The notes under the pieces: model-generated
The model's input: only the letters and a program-made list of their open reading frames with translations
Databases searched by the model: none
What the model was told of the DNA's origin: nothing
Shown: one piece after another, positions 1 to 9,105 of the stretch
How the letters are laid out: every line of letters begins with the position of its first letter
Position numbering within the stretch: position 1 is the stretch's first letter
Assembly: GCA_017525225.1 (NCBI GenBank)
Contig: JAFXTB010000178.1
Coordinates: 9,660-73,659, forward strand
Length of the DNA stretch: 64,000 nucleotides
Direction: 5' to 3'
Source of the DNA: Kiritimatiellia bacterium
Lineage (GTDB): Bacteria; Verrucomicrobiota; Kiritimatiellia; RFP12; UBA1067
Translations under genes and position numbers: made by a program

Positions 1-385
1 GCTGGCCGAACGGGTTGGCGTTCTGCGGCTCGACGCCGTAGCGCTGCGCCCACTCCTCGGCGTCGGAATCGGGCTTGGGGTCGTACGCCTCAAGGACGAC
101 GTGCCCCTTGCCTGCGCGCTCATACTCCTTGAGCAGGTCCTGCACCTGGCCGGCGTAGGTCTTCAGGCCCATCGGCATGTCGGCCGAGCTGGAGCTGAAG
201 TAGAACTTGAGCGTGACATCCTCCTCGAGCTTGCCCAGGACGGCCCTGGAGCCCTTGGAGAGCGTGTAGAGCTTCTCGGCGGTGAGGTCCGCGCGGAAAG
301 GCAGGGAGGAGATGATGAGCTCGACCGCGCCGATGACGGCGACCAGCAGAACGAGCCCCAGTGCTCCGTTGAATTTCTTGTTCAT
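1..385 (-). CDS. GldG-like ABC-exporter auxiliary protein, N-terminal part (gene continues past window start)
   Basis: Minus-strand translation from ATG (complement of cat at 383-385) gives MNKKFNGALGLVLLVAVIGAVELIISSLPFRADLTAEKLYTLSKGSRAVLGKLEEDVTLKFYFSSS... This is an N-terminal TM helix followed by sequence resembling the GldG/ABC-type auxiliary component. It lies directly downstream of the ABC-2 permease on the same strand. Confidence 0.5.
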   Translation of the reverse strand, partial: MNKKFNGALGLVLLVAVIGAVELIISSLPFRADLTAEKLYTLSKGSRAVLGKLEEDVTLKFYFSSSSADMPMGLKTYAGQVQDLLKEYERAGKGHVVLEAYDPKPDSDAEEWAQRYGVEPQNANPFGQ

Positions 386-416
386 TTCGTTGATCCTCCA
401 GATTAGTCCGCTTCCG

Positions 417-1160
417 TCACGATGCCTTGCGGCTGTCGGTGACGACCTGCGCCGCGGCGAGCATGAACACCATCACGCCGACGTAGTATCCGATGTCGGC
501 GAGATCCACCACCCCGCGGCACAGTGCGTCGAAGTGGCGCATGAGCGAGCAGGATGCGACGGCGTTCACCACCGAGGCGGGCACGCCCCAGTTGGCGACC
601 GCGTTTATGACGGGGTCGAAACCGATGATGAGCATGGCGAACGACACCGCCAGCGCGATGACGAAGCCTATCACCTGGCTGCGCGAGAGCGACGAGGCGA
701 AGACGCCGATCGCGGTGCACGCGCCGGCGAGCATGAGGCTGCCGACGTATCCGCAGAAGACGGCGCCGAAGTCCGGACTGCCGAGCCATGCCGCCGTGCA
801 GGGCACGGGGAACGTGAGCGCGAGCGCGATGGCGATGAAGGCCCATGCCGCGAGGAACTTGCCTATGAGCGCCTCGCCGAGCGTTATCGGCAGGGTGAGC
901 AGCAGCTCGATCGTGCCGTTGCGGCGCTCTTCGGCCCAGAGGCCCATCGTCGCCGCCGGCACCAGGAGCAGATAGACCCACGGATGCCAGAGGAAGAACG
1001 GCGTAAGCACCGCCTGGCGGCGCTCGTAGAACATCGCGACCCCGAAGGTCAGGAACCCGACCAGCACGAGGAACGCGACGAGGAACACGTACGCCACGGG
1101 CGAGTCGAAGTAGCTCTTGAACTCGCGGGCGAACACAGCCTTGACGTTCTTGAAGTTCAT
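417..1160 (-). CDS. ABC-2 type transporter permease (GldF-like)
   Basis: 247-aa ORF with six predicted hydrophobic helices. ATG at 1160 is preceded by a GGAGG Shine-Dalgarno. It is sandwiched between the ABC ATPase and the GldG-like gene. Confidence 0.7.
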   Translation of the reverse strand: MNFKNVKAVFAREFKSYFDSPVAYVFLVAFLVLVGFLTFGVAMFYERRQAVLTPFFLWHPWVYLLLVPAATMGLWAEERRNGTIELLLTLPITLGEALIGKFLAAWAFIAIALALTFPVPCTAAWLGSPDFGAVFCGYVGSLMLAGACTAIGVFASSLSRSQVIGFVIALAVSFAMLIIGFDPVINAVANWGVPASVVNAVASCSLMRHFDALCRGVVDLADIGYYVGVMVFMLAAAQVVTDSRKAS

Positions 1161-1161
1161 C

Positions 1162-1884
1162 TTACCTTTCCTCCTTCATCGTCAGGTTGCGGAAAACGAC
1201 GTCCAGCTTGCCCGAGGGGTCCATGGAGCGGAGCTTGTCGGGCGTGCCGTCGGCCTTGATCTCGCCCTGGGCGATCACGACGGCGCGCGTGCAGACGGCG
1301 TCCACCTCCTCGAGGATGTGTGTGGAGATGATGATCGCCTTGTCGGCGGCCATCTCCTTGATCATCTGGCGCACCACGAACTTCTGGTTGGGGTCGAGGC
1401 CGTCCGTCGGCTCGTCCATGATGAGCACCTGCGGGTCGTGCAGGATCGCCTGCGCGAAGCATGTGCGCTGGCGGTAGCCCTTGGAGAGCGTGTCGATGGT
1501 CTGCTTCGCCACGGTGGTGAGCTTGGCCTTCTCGATGGCCGCGTCGACCTTCTCCTTCGCCGCCGCGCCGCAGAAGCCGCGGACATTCGCTATGAACGAC
1601 AGGAAGTCCGTGACGGTCATGGACCGGTATGACGGCGCGTTCTCGGGCAGATACCCGAGGCATCTCTTCGCGCCTACGGGATCCTTTATGATATCGTGGC
1701 CGCAGATCTCCGCCGTTCCCGCCGTCGGCGGGATGAACCCGGTGATCATGCGCATGGTTGTGGATTTGCCCGCGCCGTTAGGCCCGAGAAATCCAAGCAC
1801 TTCGCCCTTCTTCACGGTAAAGGAGATGCCTTTCACCGCCTGGAAGGAACCGAAGCTCTTTTTCAGGTTGTCGACCTTGAGCAT
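1162..1884 (-). CDS. ABC transporter ATP-binding protein (GldA-like)
   Basis: Walker A GPNGAGKST, ABC signature LSKGYRQR, Walker B LIMDEPTDGLD and an H-loop are present. ATG at 1884 (MLKVDNLKKSF...) is preferred over the upstream in-frame start at 1992 in the ORF track. Confidence 0.85.
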   Translation of the reverse strand: MLKVDNLKKSFGSFQAVKGISFTVKKGEVLGFLGPNGAGKSTTMRMITGFIPPTAGTAEICGHDIIKDPVGAKRCLGYLPENAPSYRSMTVTDFLSFIANVRGFCGAAAKEKVDAAIEKAKLTTVAKQTIDTLSKGYRQRTCFAQAILHDPQVLIMDEPTDGLDPNQKFVVRQMIKEMAADKAIIISTHILEEVDAVCTRAVVIAQGEIKADGTPDKLRSMDPSGKLDVVFRNLTMKEER

Positions 1885-2051
1885 GTTTCTTGCCTCGTTT
1901 CTTCTATTTGTCCCAGATCCCAGCCAGACCCGAGGGTCTGTCGGGAAAAAACGGCGCATATTATATAAGGAAACGGGGCGTTTGTCTAGCACCCTCTGGC
2001 GCCAGACGTCTTTTTGACGCGATTCCTAACGAATTCTTAACAATGCCGTCC

Positions 2052-2080
2052 TTGCCTTGGACGGTGAAATCATGTACAAT
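2052..2080 (+). promoter_or_regulatory. sigma70-like promoter (TTGCCT-17 nt-TACAAT) for the NYN-domain gene; the -35 sits in the loop of a perfect 6-bp hairpin CCGTCC/GGACGG (2046-2064)
   Basis: Direct read of the divergent intergenic region between the ABC ATPase start (1884) and the NYN gene. Spacing is exactly 17 nt. Confidence 0.35.
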
Positions 2081-2138
2081 ACGGCCTGGTTCGATCAAGC
2101 AAGAAAGGGAGTGGGGGCATGCCAGGCATGCCGATGCC

Positions 2139-2693
2139 GTGACCGTTACCGATATAATCAAGGACGAGCGCGTGGCGCATGTGCGCGAGCTCAAGGCCGA
2201 GGTGGCGCGCCTCAAGGCCGAGCGCGACGAGGCCCGCGCCGCCCTGGCCTCGCTGGAGAGCCATTTCGCGCTGGCGCTCGCCGCCGCGCGCGATGCAGAC
2301 CGTCTGCCTCCGGGCGGCACCATCCTCATGCTCGACGGGTGGAACATCGTGTTCAACTCGAAGTTCCGCGAGGACGATGCCCATGCCGCCAAGCAGCACT
2401 TCATAGAGGCCGTGCGCTCATACGCCCTCGCCCACCCCGACGACTTCACATGGCTCATTTTCGACGGACCGGAGGAGAACTCCTCGGCGGAGGGCGGCTT
2501 CCGCCTCAGCTACACGGGCGGAGACGGCGAACAGCGCGCCGACCGGCTCATCATCGACTATCTGCACCAGTTGCGCATCTTGGGCAGTAAGATTGCCGCC
2601 ACGATTGTCACCAACGACAAGGCGCTGGCGAAAAAGGCCGCCGCATACGGCGCGGCGGTACGTGCAGTAAAGGAGTTCGCCGATGGACTATAG
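2139..2693 (+). CDS. NYN/YacP-like (Rae1-like) predicted RNA-binding nuclease-domain protein with N-terminal coiled coil
   Basis: The C-terminal region MLDGWNIVFN...FDGPEE...QRADRLIIDYL...VTNDKALAK aligns by eye to the B. subtilis YacP NYN domain (LVDGYN...FDA...TADERIE...VATSD). The N-terminal RELKAEVARLKAERDEARAAL looks coiled-coil. Start is uncertain: the ORF-track start (TTG 1890) lies upstream of the predicted promoter, so the in-frame GTG at 2139 was chosen. Confidence 0.55.
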   Translation: MTVTDIIKDERVAHVRELKAEVARLKAERDEARAALASLESHFALALAAARDADRLPPGGTILMLDGWNIVFNSKFREDDAHAAKQHFIEAVRSYALAHPDDFTWLIFDGPEENSSAEGGFRLSYTGGDGEQRADRLIIDYLHQLRILGSKIAATIVTNDKALAKKAAAYGAAVRAVKEFADGL

Positions 2694-3843
2694 CTGCACC
2701 CTCGCGGAAGAGACCCTTCTCGGCACGCTGGAAGGCCTTCTCAAGCATCTTGAAGAACCTGGCGCCAGTGCCCCCAAGGCCCTTGACGGCCTCAAGGTGC
2801 TCGTTGCCGGCAATCGAAGCGGACTCCTGCCGTGCGCGCTCGCCAAGGGAGGCGCGGATGTAACCGTCCACGTCTTCGACTGCCACCATGCTCGCGCGAT
2901 ACGTGAACGCCTCGATGCGGCCGACCTTGCAGGCAAGGTCCGGGTCGCAATCGAACCCGGCATCCCGTCCGGCCCCTACACGCGCGCGTACTTCATGACA
3001 ACCCCGCAGTCCATGACCGGAGAACTCGTACTGGACCAGCTCGAGGACATCCGCACGAACCTGTCCGCCGGCGGCGAACTGGTGGCGGCCTTCGAGGGCG
3101 ATGCCGACGAATCCCTCAAGACGATGAAGAAGGCGTTCGCCCGCGTGCATGTGGAAGGCGTGGTGCAGAACCGCAAACGGCGCAGGAACGGCGGCAGGCG
3201 GCTGGAGACGGTGGCTCTCTTCCGCGCCGTCAAGGGCGAGGTGGACGCTGCCGCGAAGCGGCGTTCTTTCATCGCGGAATGGAACGCGAGCGTGCCTGGC
3301 GGCGAGGCGCGCGCGTTCGTGTCGCTGCCGGGCTGCTTCTGCCACAGGCGCGCCGACATGGGGGGGCTCGCCCTGGCCGAAACAGCGTGCTCGGTCCTGG
3401 AAGACCTCAAGGGCGCCAAGATCCTGGACATGGGCTGCGGGTGCGGATTCGTGGGACTGCTTGTGGCGGACAGGCTGCGTGCCCGGGGTACGGCGGCGCG
3501 TCTCACGCTCCTCGACAGCCACGCCCGCGCGCTCGAGGCCGCGAGAATGAACGCCGAAAGACTCGGCTTCGCCGATGCGCGGCTTGTACTGTCCGATATC
3601 GGCACCGCGGCTGAGGACGACGCCACCTTCGATCTGTTCCTGGGGAATCCGCCGTATTTCGGCGACTGGCGGATCGCCGAAACGTTCGTATCCACGGCGT
3701 TTCGCGCACTGCGTCCTGGCGGCAGGTGCCTCACCGTGGCCAAGAGCGAGGGCGGGCTGGGCGAGATTCAGTCCAGAATCTTCGGAAATGCCGACATCCT
3801 GCGCCGCAGGGGGTATTGTGTATTTTCCTCAATTCGTCATTGA
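2683..3843 (+). CDS. Class I SAM-dependent RNA methyltransferase, RsmC/RlmG-like (two-domain, NPPY motif)
   Basis: SAM-binding motif I ILDMGCGCGFVG and motif IV LGNPPYF. About 190 N-terminal residues form a duplicated MTase-like domain as in RsmC. Overlaps the NYN gene by 11 nt. Confidence 0.65.
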   Translation: MDYSCTLAEETLLGTLEGLLKHLEEPGASAPKALDGLKVLVAGNRSGLLPCALAKGGADVTVHVFDCHHARAIRERLDAADLAGKVRVAIEPGIPSGPYTRAYFMTTPQSMTGELVLDQLEDIRTNLSAGGELVAAFEGDADESLKTMKKAFARVHVEGVVQNRKRRRNGGRRLETVALFRAVKGEVDAAAKRRSFIAEWNASVPGGEARAFVSLPGCFCHRRADMGGLALAETACSVLEDLKGAKILDMGCGCGFVGLLVADRLRARGTAARLTLLDSHARALEAARMNAERLGFADARLVLSDIGTAAEDDATFDLFLGNPPYFGDWRIAETFVSTAFRALRPGGRCLTVAKSEGGLGEIQSRIFGNADILRRRGYCVFSSIRH

Positions 3844-3868
3844 CGCGTACCACTTAATATTCTAAAAT
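3840..3868 (+). promoter_or_regulatory. sigma70-like promoter TTGACG-17 nt-TAAAAT placing the TSS at or within 1-2 nt of the mreB ATG (leaderless or near-leaderless)
   Basis: The -10 ends at 3868 and the mreB ATG is at 3875-3877. No Shine-Dalgarno is visible between them. Confidence 0.4.
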
Positions 3869-3874
3869 ATAGGC

Positions 3875-4906
3875 ATGTTTTCGAAACTCAAAGGTTTCTT
3901 CTCGACCGATATCGGCATCGATCTCGGCACGGCGAACTCGCTGGTGTACATGAAAGGCCGCGGCATCGTGATGCGCGAGCCTTCGGTGGTAGCCATCGAA
4001 TCGAACACCAATCATGTGCTGGCCGTCGGCGAGGAGGCCAAGCGCATGCTCGGCGTGACGCCCAGCAACATCGTGGCGATCCGCCCGATGAAGAGCGGCG
4101 TGATAGCGAAGTTCGACATCACGGAGGCCATGCTGAGCTATTTCATACGCAAGGCGACGCAGCAGCATTTCTGGTCGCGGTATTTCAAGCCGCGGGTGGT
4201 GATAGCGGTGCCGAGCGGCATTACCGAGGTGGAGAAGCGCGCGGTGGAGGATGCGGCGCACAACTCCGGCGCGGGGGACGTTTTCCTGGTCGAGGAGCCC
4301 ATGGCGGCGGCGATCGGGGTCGGGCTGCCGGTATCGGAGCCGGCAGGCAGCATGATCGTGGATATCGGCGGTGGCACGGCCGAGGTGGCTATCATCTCGC
4401 TAGCCGGCATCGTACACAGCTACAGTGCGCGCGCGGCAGGCGATGCGATGGATGATTGCATCATGAACTACATGAAGCGCGTCTACAATCTCCTGATAGG
4501 CGAGCGCACGGCGGAAGCGATCAAAATGGAAATCGGATCCGCGTTCCCAGTCGGCGAAGAGACGACGATGGAGGTACGCGGGCGCGACATCGTGGCGGGA
4601 CTGCCGAAGACGATGACGGTCACATCCGAGGAAATCAGGGACGCGCTGAAGGAACCCGTCAACACCATAGTGGAGGCTGTGCGCATCACGCTGGACCGGT
4701 GCGCGCCAGAGCTCGCGGCCGATCTGGTCGACCGGGGCATCGTGCTCTCCGGCGGAAGTTCCCAGCTGCGCGGTCTCGACAAGCTCCTTTCCCAGCAGAC
4801 GGGGTTGCCCGTCACGTTGGCGGACGATCCGCTTTCGGCCGTGGCCGAGGGAACCGGCATCGTGATGGAGAAGCTTGATTTCCTCACAAAGAGCCGTAGG
4901 CGTTAA
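3875..4906 (+). CDS. mreB: Rod shape-determining protein MreB
   Basis: MFSKLKGFFSTDIGIDLGTANSLVYMKGRGIVMREPSVVAI is near-identical in pattern to E. coli MreB [41 protein letters not shown]. 343 aa with an actin fold. Confidence 0.95.
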   Translation: MFSKLKGFFSTDIGIDLGTANSLVYMKGRGIVMREPSVVAIESNTNHVLAVGEEAKRMLGVTPSNIVAIRPMKSGVIAKFDITEAMLSYFIRKATQQHFWSRYFKPRVVIAVPSGITEVEKRAVEDAAHNSGAGDVFLVEEPMAAAIGVGLPVSEPAGSMIVDIGGGTAEVAIISLAGIVHSYSARAAGDAMDDCIMNYMKRVYNLLIGERTAEAIKMEIGSAFPVGEETTMEVRGRDIVAGLPKTMTVTSEEIRDALKEPVNTIVEAVRITLDRCAPELAADLVDRGIVLSGGSSQLRGLDKLLSQQTGLPVTLADDPLSAVAEGTGIVMEKLDFLTKSRRR

Positions 4907-4933
4907 AGGTGGTCCTTCCTTGCAGGGAAGGAC

Positions 4934-5710
4934 GTGAAGGCAAAAACTGGCATAGTATCGGCGCTGCTCGTTCTGGGCGTCTTTGCCATCTGGGTGGCGG
5001 TTGGAAGGAAGACCGCCGCCGAGGTAGTGTTTCCGGTGGAGAACGGGGCCTGTTGGTTCTCGCGCAGGGTGGTGCACCCGCTGAAGGAGGCGATGGTGCG
5101 TCCGCGCCTCGCCGCCGAGAACCGCCGCCTGCTGGAGCAGAACGCGCACCTTCGCATGGCCCTGGCCGACCGCGACGCGCTCAAGGCCGAGAACGCGCGC
5201 CTCAGGCGGGCGCTGGAATTCTCCGAACGAAGCAGGGGCGAATGGATCGCGGCGCCCGTGCTCAGCCGCGGCGGGACGCTTGGCCTCGGCGATGTGCTGA
5301 GGCTGGGCAAGGGATCCAGCGCCGGCATAAGGAAGGGCGCGGCCGTGGCCGTGCCTGAAGGGCTTGTAGGAAGGGTCTCGGAGGTGTCGCCGCATACGGC
5401 GGAGGTGCGCCTCATAACCGACCCGGAGATAAAGGTCGCCTGCGAGGTGGAGACGGACGGCGGGCCGGTGGCCGCGTTCTGCATCTTCTCGGGCGGGCGC
5501 ATAATGCATTTGAAACGCGATCTCGTTCTGCCTCCACGTGCAAAGATCATCACAAGCGGTCTCGGCGAGGTTTATCCCCGAGGCATCACCGTCGGCTTCC
5601 TGGCACAGGAGACGCACGAGGACGAAACGCAGCTCGAACAGGAGGGAGTCGTCGCGCCGGCGGTAGACTTCCCCGCCTTGGAGGACGTGTTCATCCACCG
5701 TGAAGAGTAA
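4934..5710 (+). CDS. mreC: Rod shape-determining protein MreC
   Basis: GTG start with a GGGAAGGA Shine-Dalgarno, N-terminal TM helix, coiled coil (LEQNAHLRMALADRDALKAENARLRRALEF) and a C-terminal beta-domain. Position is immediately after mreB. Confidence 0.8.
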   Translation: MKAKTGIVSALLVLGVFAIWVAVGRKTAAEVVFPVENGACWFSRRVVHPLKEAMVRPRLAAENRRLLEQNAHLRMALADRDALKAENARLRRALEFSERSRGEWIAAPVLSRGGTLGLGDVLRLGKGSSAGIRKGAAVAVPEGLVGRVSEVSPHTAEVRLITDPEIKVACEVETDGGPVAAFCIFSGGRIMHLKRDLVLPPRAKIITSGLGEVYPRGITVGFLAQETHEDETQLEQEGVVAPAVDFPALEDVFIHREE

Positions 5711-6188
5711 AGCCGTCCAGATCGCAGCCCTTGTGCTCGGCCTCGTGGCCGCGGCATCGATGCAGGATCTATCGCCTGCGGCGATGGGCGTCAAGCCGCC
5801 GCTCGTCGCGATCGTCGTGCTGTTCGTGGCGCTGCGCATGCCCACCCCCTTCTCGCTCGCCACGGCGTTCGTGGCCGGCCTGTTCGTGGACGCCCTGTCC
5901 GGCCGCCCCACGTTCTGTGCCACGAGCCTGATGCCGCTGCTCGCGCTGGGCGTGCGCCTGTACCGCGAGATCCCAGGCGAGAGGTCGATCGCCGCCGTGG
6001 GCGCCGTGGCGGCATCGCTGGGCGCCGTGCTGGGCGAGGCGTGGATCGCGGTATTCGGCTTCGCGACCGGCGATGCCGGGCTGTTCGTCCGCATGTGCGC
6101 CGCAACATGCATCGCGGCCCCCATCGGCGCGATGCTCTTCGCGCTGCTGCCGCACCTTGCGAAATGCATCGGACTGGAGGATGAGTAA
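5700..6188 (+). CDS. mreD: Rod shape-determining protein MreD (polytopic membrane protein)
   Basis: 162-aa multi-TM protein between mreC and the PBP2 gene. Overlaps mreC by 11 nt, and its stop overlaps the mrdA ATG (TAATG). Confidence 0.6.
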   Translation: MKSKAVQIAALVLGLVAAASMQDLSPAAMGVKPPLVAIVVLFVALRMPTPFSLATAFVAGLFVDALSGRPTFCATSLMPLLALGVRLYREIPGERSIAAVGAVAASLGAVLGEAWIAVFGFATGDAGLFVRMCAATCIAAPIGAMLFALLPHLAKCIGLEDE

Positions 6189-7957
6189 TGAGGGTGCACG
6201 CCGGCGCGATACTGGCCCTGCTGGCCCTCTTCACCCTCGGTACCGCCGTGCTGGCGGCATCGCTATACCATGTGCAGGTGGACGACGTCGCGGATGCCCG
6301 CAAGAGGTTCAGGAACCAGGCGACGCGCCGCATAAGCATCCCAGGCCTGCGTGGACGCATCCTCGACCGCAACGGGGGCGTGCTGGCGGATTCCAGGCCA
6401 AGCCACGACATCGCCATCAGGCTAGAATGCTTCCAGCGCTCGGGCGGATGGTCCAACACCGTGGCCGCGGCCGACACCGAGATCGACCGCCTCGCCGCCG
6501 TGCTGGGCCTGCAGCGCACCGTAGCCCGCGAACGCATCGCCCGCCATCTGCGCGATTCCAGCGCGCTGCCCCTTACCGTCTGGCGCGACATAGACGACGC
6601 CACGCTCGCGCGCTTCAGCGAACGGGCGGCGGACTTCCCCGGATTCATCGGCACACTGCGCGCGGAGAGGATATACCCGCACGGCACGTTCGCCGCGCAT
6701 GTGCTGGGCTACACGGGCCGCGGCCGCCCGGATACCGACATGGGCGACACGGTGGTGCACTACTACGAGGAACTGGAGGTCAAGGGGCGCAGCGGGGTGG
6801 AAGGCTACTACGACAGCTTCCTTTCCGGGGCGCCCGGCGAAAAGATCATACGCGTGGACGCGCGCGGTTTCAGGCAGGATGACGGCAAGGTGGAGCGCGA
6901 GTCCGCGCGCGGCCTGGATCTGCGCCTCACGATCGACCCCGCGATCCAGCGGACGCTCGAGGGCGTGCTGGCTGGCGTCTCCGGCGCGGGCGTCGTCCTC
7001 GACCCGCGCGACGGCGCCGTGCTCGCCCTCGCATCGACGCCCGTCTTCAACCCCGACGAATGGCGCCAGCGCTACCGTGAATACCTCGACGACCCGGCAA
7101 GGCCGCTTTTCAACCGCGCGGTGAGCGGACTGTATCCGCCAGGCTCTATCTTCAAGCCGATAACCGCGATGGCGGGCATACTGCGGGCAAAGGTGGACGA
7201 TTCCTTCGACTGGACGCCCGAGGACAAGTTCGACTGTCCCGGCGTGTTCGTGCTGGGCGACATGCGCCTGCACTGCTGGGACCGCTACGGGCATGGTCCC
7301 CTTCCGCTCCGCACCGCGATATCGCGGTCGTGCAACGCCTACTTCTGCAATCTCGGCCAGATGCTCGGCACTAACTCCCTCTTCGGCACGGCGCAGGCCT
7401 TCGGCCTAGGCGCGCGCACCGGCATAGGCCTCAACGGCGAGGCCGCGGGCGCCATCTACGGCACCCCATGGTACGCAGGCCACACGTGCCAGACGTCCAT
7501 CGGCCAGGGCATGCTGCAGGTTACGCCGCTACAGATGGCGGTGGTCTGCGCCGCCTTCGCCAACGGCGGACGCATCTTCACGCCGTACCTGCACCTACGC
7601 GAAGAGGCTGGTCAGCCAGAACCGGTGCGCCGCATAGGCCGGCCGGAGGACTTCGCCGTCGTCCGTGAAGGCATGCGCGACGTGGTGGAGACCGGCACTG
7701 GGCGGCGTATCCGCACACGCGAAGGGGAGAACCGCGTGAAGTACAACATTAAGGTACCGTGCGCTGGCAAAACAGGCACCGCCGAGCGCGGACACGGACG
7801 CAAGGACACGTGGATCATCGCCTTCGCGCCATTCGACGAACCTACCATCGCAATGGCCATTGTGGTGGAGAACGGGGAGTCGGGCGGCAAGACGACAGCC
7901 CCTCTCGCGCACATGGTGTTGGCATCCATCTTCGGCGAGGAGGAGGTGTCGAGATGA
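6188..7957 (+). CDS. mrdA: Penicillin-binding protein 2 (peptidoglycan D,D-transpeptidase MrdA)
   Basis: N-terminal TM anchor and dimerisation domain. Transpeptidase motifs SIFKP (SxxK), SRSCN (SxN) and KTGTA (KTG) are present. Confidence 0.9.
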   Translation: MRVHAGAILALLALFTLGTAVLAASLYHVQVDDVADARKRFRNQATRRISIPGLRGRILDRNGGVLADSRPSHDIAIRLECFQRSGGWSNTVAAADTEIDRLAAVLGLQRTVARERIARHLRDSSALPLTVWRDIDDATLARFSERAADFPGFIGTLRAERIYPHGTFAAHVLGYTGRGRPDTDMGDTVVHYYEELEVKGRSGVEGYYDSFLSGAPGEKIIRVDARGFRQDDGKVERESARGLDLRLTIDPAIQRTLEGVLAGVSGAGVVLDPRDGAVLALASTPVFNPDEWRQRYREYLDDPARPLFNRAVSGLYPPGSIFKPITAMAGILRAKVDDSFDWTPEDKFDCPGVFVLGDMRLHCWDRYGHGPLPLRTAISRSCNAYFCNLGQMLGTNSLFGTAQAFGLGARTGIGLNGEAAGAIYGTPWYAGHTCQTSIGQGMLQVTPLQMAVVCAAFANGGRIFTPYLHLREEAGQPEPVRRIGRPEDFAVVREGMRDVVETGTGRRIRTREGENRVKYNIKVPCAGKTGTAERGHGRKDTWIIAFAPFDEPTIAMAIVVENGESGGKTTAPLAHMVLASIFGEEEVSR

Positions 7958-9105
7958 TACGATACCTGCTGAGGTTCAACTGGGCGCTCCTCGCTTGCGC
8001 CGTGGTGCTCGTGGCGCTGGGCGTGGTGTTCGTGGGCTCGGCGGGTGCGGCGCGTTCGGTGGCGGCGCTCCAGAACGCATGGCGCTCGCACGCCGTGACG
8101 GCGGTCGCCGGGATAGCCATAATGTTCGCGATGGCGGCGGTGGACTACCGCAAGGTGATGGGCTGGGTGGCGGCACCGTGCTTCGCGATCTCCCTCGTGC
8201 TGCTAGTGGTGGTGCTGCTGGCGGGCGCGAAGATCTACGGCGGCCGGCGGTGGCTCTGGTTCTTCCAGCCAAGCGAGGTCGCGAAGCTGGCAGTGATACT
8301 CTTCATGGCGCAGGTGTTCGGCCGCCATGGCGACAGGCTCTGCGGCTTCAAGGGATTCCTCGTGGCGCTCGCCATCCTGGTGCCGCCCTCGCTTCTCATA
8401 CTGGCCGAACCGGACCTCGGCACGGCGCTCGTGCTGGTGCCTACCGCACTCGCGATGCTGCTCGCCGCAAGGATCTGGACCAAGGGCCTCGTGGCAATGA
8501 TCCTTGCGGGGCTGCTCGCCGCCGGTGCGCTGCTGGGCACGGTCAAGGCGGCGGAGGCACAGGTCGACCCCGACGCCCGCGCGCGCATCTACTCGTACCT
8601 CCCGCTGAAGCCGCACCAGCTCGCGCGCATCAGGACGTTCGTCAATCCGGACGCCGACCCGTACGGCAGCGGCTGGAACCTGCGCCAGGCGAAGATATCC
8701 ATCGGCTCGGGATCGCTTGCCGGCAAGGGCATCGGCAAGGGCGAGGCGAAGTTCCTGGGATACCTGCCGCCGAGCGTGTCCATGAACGACTTCATATTCG
8801 CGGTCCTGGCCGAAGAGACCGGGTTCGCCGGATCCGCCACGGTGCTGCTGCTGTTCCTCGGGATGTTCGCGGCAGGCACCTTCACGGCCATCCGATGCGC
8901 CGACGACCGGGGTCGCCTCCTGGTCGTGGGCGTGCTGACTCTTCTGTTCTCCCATACGTACATCAACGTGGCGATGTCCATCGGCCTCATGCCGATCACA
9001 GGGCTGCCGCTGCCTTTCATCAGCGCCGGGAAGACGTTCCTGATAGTGATGTTCGCAGCGCTCGGCATGGTGCAGAGCGTAGCGGTGCATGGGAGGGCGG
9101 AATGA
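7954..9105 (+). CDS. rodA: Peptidoglycan glycosyltransferase RodA (SEDS family)
   Basis: Start MIRYLLRFNWALLACAVVLVALG at ATG 7954 overlaps the PBP2 stop (ATGA). 10-TM FtsW/RodA/SpoVE-like sequence. The ORF-track N-terminal extension to 7759 is rejected. Confidence 0.9.
   Translation: MIRYLLRFNWALLACAVVLVALGVVFVGSAGAARSVAALQNAWRSHAVTAVAGIAIMFAMAAVDYRKVMGWVAAPCFAISLVLLVVVLLAGAKIYGGRRWLWFFQPSEVAKLAVILFMAQVFGRHGDRLCGFKGFLVALAILVPPSLLILAEPDLGTALVLVPTALAMLLAARIWTKGLVAMILAGLLAAGALLGTVKAAEAQVDPDARARIYSYLPLKPHQLARIRTFVNPDADPYGSGWNLRQAKISIGSGSLAGKGIGKGEAKFLGYLPPSVSMNDFIFAVLAEETGFAGSATVLLLFLGMFAAGTFTAIRCADDRGRLLVVGVLTLLFSHTYINVAMSIGLMPITGLPLPFISAGKTFLIVMFAALGMVQSVAVHGRAE

Noticed and set aside
282-1259. 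325-aa plus-strand ORF (and 403-981 minus, 493-975 plus ORFs) overlapping the ABC permease/ATPase genes
   Set aside because: Antisense or alternate-frame ORFs typical of high-GC DNA. Arg/Glu/His/Ala-rich low-complexity translation. They overlap genes with clear ABC motifs.
1890-2138. N-terminal extension of the NYN ORF back to TTG 1890
   Set aside because: It would start 6 nt from the divergent ABC ATPase start codon and run through the predicted promoter. The translated sequence (MPRFFYLSQIPARPEGLSGKNGAYYIRKRG...) is not protein-like. GTG 2139 coupled to the uORF is preferred.
2608-3522. 304-aa minus-strand ORF and several 90-250-aa ORFs inside the methyltransferase gene
   Set aside because: Antisense to a gene with SAM-MTase motifs. 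Pro/Arg/Ala-rich composition.
4400-6687. 599-aa (4400-6199) and 298-aa (5791-6687) minus-strand ORFs across mreB/mreC/mreD/mrdA
   Set aside because: They overlap unmistakable MreB/MreC/PBP2 coding sequence on the other strand. His/Arg/Ala-rich junk translation.
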